Assembly (NCBI GenBank): GCA_010093815.1
Contig: ML996566.1
Length of the DNA stretch: 64,000 bases
DNA from: Pseudovirgaria hyperparasitica
Lineage: Eukaryota
Reading direction: 5' to 3' (one strand)
The stretch's first letter is position 1; the number at the start of each line of letters is the position of its first letter. Both the position numbers and the translations under genes were made by a program. A model generated the notes under the pieces. It was not told where the DNA came from, searched no databases, and worked only from the letters and a program-made list of their open reading frames with translations. Positions 37,143 through 49,600 of this stretch are shown piece after piece.

Positions 37143-37605
37143 CTCGAAAAGTAGATTTTGTGAAAAGAATAGGTTGTGTGTAAGGGCGAGGATATTCAGA
37201 TGATATATGAATGAGTGACAAGTGCCGACTTGCCGACTTACCCCTGTAGTGAAAACAAACCATTGTTCCCGTCGAAACGGTGAACAATGTACGCCTTGTG
37301 GAAATGCAATTCACTTGTGCCTGAGGTTCTTTCAACTAGGCTGCCAGCTTTGCCAGTGTGTCTTGACAGCGCTTATGATTGTTCTCCTGCACAAGCTTCT
37401 CTCGAAGCAAGTCTGCGCTGTTGCGCTCCCCGGTTCGTTGTCTGATAGACTAAGAGACTGTTCGGCTTTACAAGAGTCAATTCGAGCAATACAACCAAGC
37501 TCAGGGATAACATATCTCTAATTCGATTACCATTTACAGCTTTACTCCAAAAATAGAGCCCTCACCACGAGGACCTTCTCGAGAAGGCAGTAAACCTCTA
37601 TCAGC

Positions 37606-40600
37606 TCAAACGGTAACAACAGCCTCTCTAAGTCTATCCGCTTCATCTACAATCCGCAATAAAGTTTCCTTCGACAGCTCTATCCACCTTTCAACTTGCT
37701 CCCACTGCGGTACACGATTGTCAATCAAGAAGTCGAATTCCATCAGTCCCTGTCGCACACAGGATGTGACTTCAAAGACCGCTAACCCTTTTACTTTCTT
37801 TGCGCTTTCTGGATCATTTCCTGGCGGTACGCGCACTCTCTTGAAGAGGCTGTCTGTCCGCTCTAATTGCTGGAAACTGCCCAGGAAATTGAAGTTCATC
37901 TCCATGCCTTCGTAATTGAAGTAGGATTTACCGAGCGGGTGTAGATAACGCGAAGCAAAGTACGCCCAACCTTTTTGAGGTACATTTTGGATGCGCTGCG
38001 TCGTGTGTGTGATCATGCCACGGAGGTCAGCAGCGCTATGACACTGCAGCTGGATCGGATACATTGTGGTGAACCAGCCAACTGTCTGCGAAAGGTCGCT
38101 CGATACATCAAGAGGTTCGCGTCCATGCCCCTCCGTATAAACAGAGGGTAGTGTGCGATCGGGGAAGACGATACCAAAAGCATGCATAAGTGCTGCCATC
38201 ATTAGGTCCATAGGCTTGGAGTCGAAGATGTCGTTGACCCACTCCAGAAGCGCAGATGTGGCATCGGCTTGCAGGACAAATTTACGGTGTGTATATGATG
38301 ACAGGCCTACTTCTGCAGCAGTCAAGTTCCAGTAATCGAATCGTTGCGCTTCTAGCGTATAGTTCAGTGTCTTGCTGGGCTCGAGCATCTGTGCACCTTT
38401 GTGTTGGCGGCCGACCCACTCCTGGAAGCCAAGAGAGTGGACAGGAGTTGTATCCTTGCCCGAGAGGATATCTTCAAGGTCCTGGAAGATAACACGGAAT
38501 GATACAAGATCACTGACTAGATGGTTGATGGCGAGAAACAGATGTTGCCTGCCAGAGTCTTGGATATGCACCGCTGAAGTCAACGGGCCGATCTCGATGT
38601 CCACGGCATCCCGACATTTGGCAAATATACCAGGAAGACCATCCTCGGGACAATCCGAGACGGAAGTCAACTTGAACGAAGAATCAGTTTCGTTGGTAAT
38701 CCTCTGTGTCCATACTCCTGAGACTGTATGCTTCTGGAATCGTGCTCTGAGCATCGAATGGCGCGAAACAACCTTTGCCAGCGCTTGTTGTAGTGTTTCC
38801 GTGGAGAAATCCCTGCTTAGCTCTAGAAAGAAACAGATATCGAAGCAAATGTTTCCTTCTGGATGTTCATCCACAAACCACTGCTGGATTGGTGATAATG
38901 GGAAGGCAATCTCAGTCTTCTCTTCCATGTTCTCTATCTTACTTATCAGACGTGCTTTCGACTGACACGTCGCTGCCAATTTCGCTATCGTCCGTTGTGT
39001 TTGGATATCTCCTACAGCGACAGAAAGCCCCTGTGAGCGAGCAGCAGCCGCGACCTGCATTGCTGTAATAGAATCTCCGCCCATGCGGAAGAAGTCTGTA
39101 TCTACGTCCAAGGCCTCAGAATTGTTCAACACAGTCTTCCAGATTGATTCTAGTATGACCTCCGTGGCTGTACTTGCGTATCTACTGCTTCTGGATCTTT
39201 CAGATTCCAAAAGATCGCTGGCGGTCAGTTTACTCGCGATTTCACGGAGTCGTTTCCGGTCGAATTTGCCAGTGGTTGTCATTGGTATGGTATGCAAAGG
39301 GATAAACGCCGATGGAATCATATATGCAGGCACTTTTTCTGATAATCGATCCTCGATACCTTTCGCGAGGACTCTAACGGCTTCCACGTGGTCCTTAGGC
39401 AGAAGTGTGCAGTTTTTGTTGCGCCGATTAATGAAAGAAACTAGCGTTGAGTTGGTACTTCCTTTGAGCGTGACGACTTCAGAGATGACGGTGATATTGC
39501 AGTCCAGAGGCTGAGGGCTGTCTTCCGTCTGGTATCCACTGTCGCTACTGCCGCTGCTACCAGTGTAAGACTGCTCGTCTTCATTGGAGCTTGGTTCAAG
39601 TACTGTTTCTTTCGTGATTATAATGGCTTTCTTCAACGCGGCAGTAACATGTGCATCAACCTCCCCGAGTTCGACTCTTTGGCCGCGGACCTTTACTTGG
39701 CTATCTTTCCGAGCCACGTACAAGATGGATCCATCAGATTCGTATTTGACCAGATCGCCAGTCTTGTATAGCCTTCCGCGCCTACCTGAATGACCGGGGG
39801 CTCCACGAGCGAGCCACTCTGGGTCATCAATGAAAGCCTCCTTGGTCTTTTCGTCGTTGTTGTAGTAGCCGCGTCCTGTCAGAGGTCCTTCCAGCCATAA
39901 TTCTCCCACGGTACCTATAGGACAGAGTTGCTCCCCGCTGACAATCCAGGTATTTGTAGCCATGCCTCGACCAATCGTGTACTGTTGATCTTTAATCTCA
40001 CGCAGAGAAGCTGAAGTAGCCAGAACAGTACACTCGCTTGGTCCATACACAAGCCATATCTCGCACGATTGCCCAAATTTTGGGAGATCTTGAGCCCTAA
40101 ACTTTTCTCCTCCGACAAGAAGTGTCTGGAGGGTCGGAAGTAACTCAGGTGTGAAGGTCTGCACCAATGCAGGCGTGAAAAACCCGAATGTCACTCCAAA
40201 TCGAGCCATGGATGACACGGGGTCATCTCGGCGCTCAGTCTCATTGGGGACGCAAAGACAACATCCAGAGAACATTGTGAGAAGCAGGTTTGACCAGGCG
40301 AAGTCGAAGCTGTAGGAAGCGAAATCATAGATGCGTGAGGAACTGGAGATTCCGAATGTTTGAATATGGCAGTCGATGGCCGTAACGAAATTGCGGTGTG
40401 TAAGCGGCACTCCTTTGGGCTTGCCTGTGCTTCCAGATGTGAAAACCACACACAAGTCATCTGTAGAGTTCCCCGCAGGTGTCTCGAAACTTCCTACCGG
40501 ACAGCTTTTGATCGCATCGTGACTGACTACAACTGCAGGAAAGTCACCAACTCTTCTGCTCAGTTGCTGATTCTTGTCAGAAGTCAAAGTGACGATAATG

Positions 40601-43600
40601 TTAAGCTGGTCAGTGATACTACTGAGTCGTTCTCGTGGCTGTGTAACATCTAGTCCAACACCAATACCCCCAGCTTTGACGACAGCAACCATAGCAACAG
40701 ACATCCACATGGACTTCTCGAACAATAGGGGCACTGTGATACCGGAGCGGACTCCGTATTCCAGGAGCTTGATCGCTACTTGAGTTGACCAATGATCAAG
40801 TTCCGTATAGGTCATCGAGCCATCCCACGCCTCCACAGCAATGGCATGCGGGTAACGAGCAACAGTCGCGGCGATTCGTTCCGGAATCCTATCATCAAGA
40901 GCTGGCGGCAATTCCTCATTCCATTGCCAGATCTGGCTCAAGTCCTGATCCGTAACTGTCCTGATGGCAGAGAGAGCAGTGTGTCTGTACTCCGTGGTAC
41001 AGACTTGGCGTAGGACCAGCTCGAATCGCCCAAACAGGCGTCGGACGGCCTGCTCATTCAAGACAGCGGGGTCGAAGGCGGCAAGAATCTGCAGACTATT
41101 TCTGGCGAGGACGAAGTCAACCATCAGGGCAAACGTGCCAAAGCCTTCTGTACTTGTGAACTGCTCTTCATCGCTTGTGTTTTCTTCCTCGATCTTCTCG
41201 AATATATCACTACTAATGTCTAGATCTGTACCGGGCTGTACCACGATCAGAGACTGAAAGTCGCAGGCTTGCATGGCTTCATGATTGGTTTGCCGAATGC
41301 TTTGGAGTCCTGTCTGTTCGAAAGGAACCATGCAAGCTGACTGATCTTGAATCTGTTTCAGAAGAGTCTCAACGCTCGCATCCATCTGTAGGGATACTCT
41401 CACGGGAACAGTTGCGATGGTCGGTCCGACCATAGATTCCACACCCGGTACTGCCGCTTGTCGACCAGAAACAACCGCGCCAAATACTGCTTGGGAGGAG
41501 TCGCTGTCTTTGGCAGCGACTAGAGCCCAGGCTGCACGAATGACGGTTGACAGTGTGAACTCCGCAGGCACAGGTAGCATGAAGTCTGTGTTGCGACGAT
41601 ATTGCATTCTGGAGTGCGGATGATAGTTTGGTGAAGGTAATTGAGGAAACTGTTGAATATCCAGACCCCCAAACTGATGAGCCCAATACTCATGTTGGGA
41701 CTCCTTGTCGATGTTCTGGATATATCTCACGAACCCAGAAAAGGGGTAACGGGCAAGGTGAAGGCTCCCATCCTGGTTGTATGCAGTCTCAACAGCCTGT
41801 ATGATCATAGGGAGGCACCAACCATCATATACGGCGTGATGAAGCCACAGCACAAAAGTTTTGGAGCCAGTGGTGGAGTCTGCGCGTATCTCAGAGGCGT
41901 GGAGAGGACTGCCTTGCCGAACGAAACCAGACTGTAGCTCGTTTGTTTCAAAAATCCGCTCCTCTTTCAACACAACTTGTACAGTACCCTCACTGTCAAG
42001 TGTAAGAATTCTTGTCCTCAGAATGGGATTTGATAGGACTGTAGCCTCCCAGGCTTTCTTGAAGCGAGATACGTCCACGCCAGGCCGGAGCTTATAATGA
42101 AAGTCTGCGATATAGTCACCTTTGCGGCGCTCAGTGAGCGCCAGCAAGCCTTTTTGTAGAGGAGTGCAAGGGATAATATCTTCAATTTGGTCCTCTGCGG
42201 TGTCACAAAGACGCGCAGCTTCAAGTCTGAGGCCAGCAGCATTTGTAATGTCTTGCAGTAATGAGAAAGGCTGTATGGTGAGCTCGACTGACTCGGTAGT
42301 CATCACGAGCACCTGAGCCAAGTCGCATAGGCGTGGTTTCTGGAAGATAACTGGCACATTCAATGTATACCCGCGCTCACGAGCCATGCTAACAAGCCGC
42401 ATAGCATCAATTGAATCGCCGCCAATGTAGAAAAAATGGTCCGCTGCACTGATCTGCGAGACTTCTAATCCAAGAACTTCAGACCAAAGTGCTGCCAATT
42501 CAGTCTCTGTGCTCGACTGTGGTGCCACGTAGTGACATGTTTCGAATGGTTCTATCACTTGCTCCAGAGTCATCTGAGCCAAAGAATCCCGCAACTTACG
42601 GCGATCTGTCTTGCCCGTTGTCGCGGTTGTAAGGCTGCACATGGGTACATATGCCGCTGGAATCATATAGGCTGGAACTCGACCAACAATCTTTTGGTCT
42701 ATGCCCTTCAGTAGCTGATAAATGACTTGATTGTGTTCGTCTTCCGTCCAGGTATTGTCATCATCCCTAAGCAAAGTGACGAAGGAGATGAGGGAAGGCC
42801 GTGTGCTTCCAAGAAGAACGATCGCTTCTGATGTAACGTGAATCTGTGTAATAGCAGCAGACCCCCTGTCTAAGAGAGAACAATCCTCACTCGTCAGCTC
42901 TTCGGCTGCATTCGAGGTACAGATCTCGAGGGCAGTCTCCATCAAGATATTTCGAACATTCACGCTGACGTCGTCAAGTTCGACACGTTGGCCTCGAATC
43001 TTCACCTGGGAATCGATTCGGCCGCAATATATGAGTCCTCCTTTATTATTAGGGTTGTATCGTACCAGATCGCCTGTCCTGTACAGCCTCCCACTTCTTC
43101 CTGGATGGGATGCACTTCCTCTCAATAGCCATTCTGGATCCGTCACAAAAGCAGATGTTGTCTTTTCGGCATTGTTGAGATAGCCACGACCGACAAGAGG
43201 GCCTTCTAGCCAAAGCTCGCCGATTGCACCTACAGGGCAGAGTTCCCCACGATTCACGACCCATGTACATGTCTCGAGAGCATGACCAATATCTAACGGA
43301 TCATTCCTCTTTGGATCGATTCGAGCAACAGTTGTGGTAATCGTGCACTCAGAAGGTCCATACGTCACCAGGAGAGTAGCGCTGTCCGTCCACTCTAAGA
43401 ACTCTTCTGCAAGTACCGCCTCGCCACTCAAGTTTATCACTTTCAAGGATGGCACCGCAGAAGGATGAAAGAGCTTGCTGACTGTCGGCGTCAACTCAAC
43501 CCAAGTAGCATCATATCTCGCAATAGCTACTGCAGGATCATTTCTTTCATCTTCTGATGGAATGCAGAGTGTAGCACCTGCGGTGAAAGCGTTCAGTACG

Positions 43601-46600
43601 TTACTCCAGGATACGTCGAATGCGTATGATGCGAAGTCCAAGATACGAGCATCCTCTGTAATGCAAAGGGCCTTATGCCCATCGCGGATCGCTGTACTAA
43701 AATTACGATGAGTAATAGTAATACCTTTTGGTGTGCCAGTTGTGCCCGAGGTGAAAACAACATATAAGGCGTTGTCGGGTTGGACTCTCGTTTCTGATCC
43801 GAGGGAGCCAGGAGGAACAGGTAACGCCGCGACATGCTCGGCGATGATGACTTGTCCTCGAGGGAAGATTTCTTCTCCGACATTTGATCTTCGCTTACTC
43901 GAAAGGAGTACCTTTGGATCGACTTGTCGTACAATTCCTCGCAATCTTTCGAGTGGCTGATTGACATCTAGCGCCACGGAAGCCCCGCCAGCTTTCATCA
44001 CTGCAAGCATAGCTACAGGAGTCCAGTAGCTCTTCTCGAACAAGAGTGGGACGATGCTCTCTGGATCTATGAGGTGTATAAGATGGGCCGCTAGCTGTGT
44101 CGATAATGCATCGAGTTCCGTATATGTCAATTGACCGTCCCAGGCACAGACTGCCACATGGTCTGGTCGATTTCTCACAGACTGTGCAATCAATTGGTGG
44201 ACACATTTATCGACCGGGAGAGGAACTTGTCCATTCCATTTCCATATTGTGTCAAGATCGGCAGATGATGTTGCGATAACAGAAGACAGCGGCACAGAAA
44301 TGTGCTCTCCACTCTTCAGCTGTTTCAGAACGGACTCAAAGCGGGCGAATATGCGATCCACCTCAGTCGGTCGGACCACTTGCGGATCTACCGCGATTTG
44401 TATCTCGAAAGAGTTCGATGCTTGGAGGAAGCAGTCGATCGTAATTGCGTAGCTTCCGAAGCCGTTCGCGTTGCTTGACACTGGCCCATCAGTTGGGCTT
44501 TTTGAAACTTTGAAGATCTCTGTGCCACTAGTTGTATTTTCTGCCGGATTGATTGTCAGAAGAGACTGAAATCTACAGGCCTCTTCTGCATCATCACTGG
44601 CCTTTCGAATCCGTTGCAGTCCGGTCTGCTCGTATGGTACAAGCTGAACCATTTGTTCTTGTACCTGGCTGAGATAATGCTTCACGGTCTGTTCGCGTTC
44701 TAATTTGATTCTCACAGGAACCGTGGCGAGAGTTGGACCTATGATATCCTCAATACCTACAATCTCAGTAGCTTGTCGACCCGAACAAATAGCACCAAAT
44801 ACAGCTTCATTTGATGCACTATCACTGGCGACGAGAAAGGCCCACGTCGCACGGAGGAATGTTGCCATTGTAAAGTGAGATTTCGTGGTACTGTCAGAAA
44901 GATTTATGCACTGTCGGTTTATCTCAGTTGCTTGAGGATAATAGTCTGTAGATGGGAGCCTTGGATATGTCTGAGCATCTAATCCGTCAAACTGAGCTTT
45001 CCAGAAACTGTCTTGTCCCTCGATGCTGGTAATGTGCTTCACAAACCTGCCAAAAGGAGCAATGGCAGGAAATGATTTACCTTCATAGGTCTCGACAAGG
45101 GCATCAAAAATCTTTGATACAGACCAACCATCATAGAGAGCGTGATGAATCTGCCAAACGAACGTTCCGTCGTTCTCACCATTAGTCAAAACAGTAGCTT
45201 TGGATAACGGGCGTCCAAGAATCTCGGTACTTAAACCAGGATAATTTTCAGGAGTCTTTTCCAGGAACTCTAGGGCTTCCCCACTGGACAGTATGACCTG
45301 CGACATCCCTTCTCCGGGTAGGTTGACAATATAAGTTCTGAGTATTGGTATATGGGCCACAACTTTATTCCAGGCATCTCCAAGGCGCGAAAGATCCACA
45401 TGGCTTCTCAGCTCATATGAGAATGTGGCGACATAGTCTCCCTCCCTGCGCGCAGTCAAAGCTAAGAGGCCCTCTTGCAACGGTGTACATGGAAGGATAT
45501 CTTCAATATCTGCTGCCCTTACGTTGCAAAGGGATGCGGCCTTGATCACAACCTCTTCGAGACAGTTGCTGGAGTTTAGAAGAGAAAACGGCTCCGGGTC
45601 TTTCGACACTGGTAATGGTGGCTCTTTGTCGCGAGCAACAGCAGCAAGCTGCGAAAGTTGCGGTGTTCGGAAAATCTGCGCGACTGTGACTTTAATGCCT
45701 TGACGTTGAGCAGCACTGACTACTCGCATAGCGTCTATGCTATTTCCACCTATCTGGAAGAAGTCGTCATCGATACTGATCTGAGTCTTGTCTCTTCCTA
45801 GGACTTCTGCCCACAAGGCTGCCAGTTGGATTTCCTTGCTCGTTACAGGTTGTCGCAATTCCCGTGACGATAGCTTCTCAGCCGTGATTTCATCCAAAGT
45901 GAGACTGCTCGCCAACTGTTGAAGTTTCTTCTTGTCCGCTTTGCCGGTTGCCGTGAGTGCGATCTCATGGAGTGGGATACATGCTGTAGGGATCATGTAT
46001 ACTGGTACCCGTTGGCGGAGCTGACTCTCCAGCCTGCGCACCAGAATTTTCACAGCAGCATCATGCTCATAAGTTGTCCAAGAGGTACCGACTCCTTGCT
46101 TCAGGTTGATGAACGCAACAAGGGAGACCTGAGAGCTTCCTTTCAGCATTACAGCTTCTGCCATGACATTGATTTGTGTCGTGGTCTTGATATGTGATTC
46201 GTCTTGATCCAACTCTTGCTGGAGCACAGCTTTGATATGATGTTCTACTTCGCCAAGTTCAATTCGTTGTCCCCGAATCTTGGTTTGTTGATCTCTGCGT
46301 CCGATGAATACCAGACCACCGTTATCATTATACCGGACTAGATCTCCAGTTCTGTATAGCCGACCTCGTCGACCAATACGATTTGGGCCACCCTTTAGCA
46401 ACCACGGAGGGTCCTCTACAAAAACAGCATTGGTCTTCTCCGGATTGTTAAGATAGCCTCGACCTACGAATGGACCTTCTAGCCATAGTTCGCCAACGGT
46501 ACCGACAGGACACAGCGCATCCCCGCGAGCATTGACAATCCATGCATTGGTACCAAAATTATGACCAATACCCTCGCTCTGATGAGATGATTGGTCAATG

Positions 46601-49600
46601 GGAAGACAAGTAGTACAAATCGTCACCTCACTAGGACCGTAGGTAACGAGGACCTGTGCGTCTGCAAACCAGTGACGGAAGTCTTCGAAGCAAATGAACT
46701 CTCCACCCATGTTTAGAACTCGCAGCGAGGGTACAGAGGATGGTTCGAGAAGTTTGGCTACAGTTGGTGTCAAGTCAACATAGGTAGCACTGAACTTGGC
46801 TATAGCCAGTCCAATATCGCTGCGTCGATCGTCCTCACTAGGAATGCACAGTGTTGCGCCAGAACTGAATGCATTAAGGAAGTTTGACCACGAGACATCG
46901 AATGCATATGACGCGAAATCAAATATGCGGTGATCTTCAGTGAACTTCAGAGTGTCCTTCATATAGCATTCTTGGGCAGCCGTTGCGAAGTTTCCATGTG
47001 TGATAACAACGCCTTTTGGAATGCCAGTAGTGCCAGAGGTGAATATAATGTAAAGAGCATTCTTGGATTGAATGCTTGGCCATTCCATACTCGAACCCAT
47101 AGTCTGTGGGGGTTGTTGAAGAGTATTGTTTTCGACAATGATGACTGGTCCAGCGGATAGTTTCGATGCAAGAGTCCTATTCGATGCGGAGCAAACAAGA
47201 ACTTTCATGTTACTGACTTGGTTGATGATTGAATGTAATCGCTCTTCAGGCTGACTGATGTCTAGAGCTACAGATGCTCCTCCAGCCTTGAGAACTGCGA
47301 GCATGGCGATGGGCGTGAACATGCTTTTCTCGAACACAAGAGGTACGACCACTTCGGGACCAACACCATAATTATGAACAAGATCAACAGCTAACTTGGT
47401 AGAAAGTGCGTCAAGTTGTGTATACGTGAGTTTTCCATCCCACGCGTCAACGGCTAGAGAATCTGGACGGCGGCTGATAGTAGAGGCAATAATATCTCTC
47501 ACATTTCCGTCAATGTATTTGGGACAAGTCTGGTTCCAGTCCCAGATTTGATTGAGGTCCTCGTCTAGAACCAGTCTGATATCCTCAATTTTAGTCGCTT
47601 GGTTTGTCTCTGAGCAGATTTGTCGTAGTATTAGCTCGAATCTCTGAGCAAGGCGCTTGATCTGCTTTTCACTAATGACGACCGGATCAAAGGTTACCTG
47701 TAGCAGCATCCCGTCATCTCTCAAGAAACAGTCGAGAGCCAGACTATGCGTTCCATAACCTCCTGAAGACGACATGCCAATCTCCATGTTATGGTCTTCG
47801 TGCATGTCAAGCAATGGTCGAACCGACTGTATCATTTTCTTGGGATGGACAATCAAAAGGGACTGGCTATCGCATGCTAACTGAGCTTCCTTACTGGCCT
47901 GGCGAATGTTCTGAAGCCCAGTCTGCTCATAAGGAATCATATGGACAGCTTGCTGCTGCACCTGGGCCAAAATTTCTGCAACGGTCAGCTCAGCACTTGT
48001 TCCAATGCGCAAAGGTACAGTATTGAGGGTAGGCCCAAGTATGTCCTCTATACCCGTGATTGCAGCTTGACGACCGGAAACCACAGCACTGAACACTGCT
48101 TCGTCAGATCCAGTATCGCTGGCTAAGAGAATTGCCCATGCTGCACGTATTGCGATGGAGCTTGTCGCAATTGTTTTTCCCCTGGGCAGTGTCAAGTCGT
48201 AGCGGTAGATATGAGAGGGGTATGGATGGTATTCAGGGGATGGGAGGCTCGGAAATTGTTGCGCGTTCAGTCCATCGAACATAGTTTCCCAAAAGAGCAT
48301 GGTCTTTGTAGGATCCAAGTTCACTGTGTGATGGACAAATGTTGCGAATGAGGGTGATTTGGGTATGCAATGTCTAGCATAAAGCTGTCCCACCCGGGCG
48401 ATGATCTTGGGTAAAGACCATCCATCGTAAACAGCATGGTGCACTTGAACTTCCAGTTTTGCGACGTGGTCAGTTTCGTTCGTGTTTATTCGCGCGAACA
48501 GCAGCGGTTGGCCTAGCATACCAATCGATTTCAAAGAATTTGCGGAATTTTCCGTAAGGTGGAGCGCGAGTGATTCATCGTTTTTAAGCACGACCTGAAC
48601 AAGTCCGATGCCGGTCGTGTTGACGATACGAGTACGGAGAATTGGCGTCGTCGCGATAGTGTCATTCCAAGCTTGCTGTAGCCGTGTCATGTCGACGTCG
48701 GAACGAACATTATAAGTGAACTTGGCAATATAGTCTCCCTCTCGACGTGCTGTGAGAGCCATGAGACCTGATTGCGACGAAGTGCAAGGAAGCACATCCT
48801 CAATACAGTCGGCTGTAACATTGCACAAAAGGGATACAGTCTCTCGAACGTCAATAGGATTCGTGGGCAACAGAGAAAAAGGAGTCACCTCCAACTCCAT
48901 GGTCGGTGGAGCTGTACTTGCAATTGTGGCAAGATCACAAACACGAGCGTGCTCAAAGACGTCCAGAGCATTGAAATACAATCCAGACTTCCTAGCTAGG
49001 CTAACAAGTCTCATTGCATCGATTGAATCGCCGCCGATCCGAAAGAAATTGTCATCTGCACTGATTGAATCAATTTCGCGCATCAAGATTACCGCCCAAA
49101 GGGCGATTAGTTGCGTCTCGACAGCAGTCTCAGGTAGGATGATGCGGCGAAGGGAGTGCTTAGACTTGTAATCAAGTTCCTGTGAAGTCTTCCCCTGGAG
49201 TGAAGCCCGAAGCTTTCGCCTATCTAACTTACCAGCTACAGACACGGCCAAGTTAGATACACTTACATACATAGAAGGGATCATGTATGTGGGCACTTTG
49301 GCTCGTAATTCGTTGTTGACATTGTCGGTCATGTCAGCGATAGCTTCTTCTTGTTGCTCTTGGGGGAGAGGGGCTGCGTCTTGGGCACTTGAGATCGAGA
49401 TAAAAGCAACAAGTACCGAGCGTTTGTTGCCATCCAGCGTAATGGAATCAGCCGTGATATGAAGGAAATTCGTGGCCATACCCCTGGAATTCATTTCCGC
49501 TAGGAAAGCATTGCGTACGTGCCACTCAACTTCGCCCAGCTCGACACGCTGGCCACGGATCTTGACTTGACTGTCATCTTTGCGTCTAATGTAGACTAGA

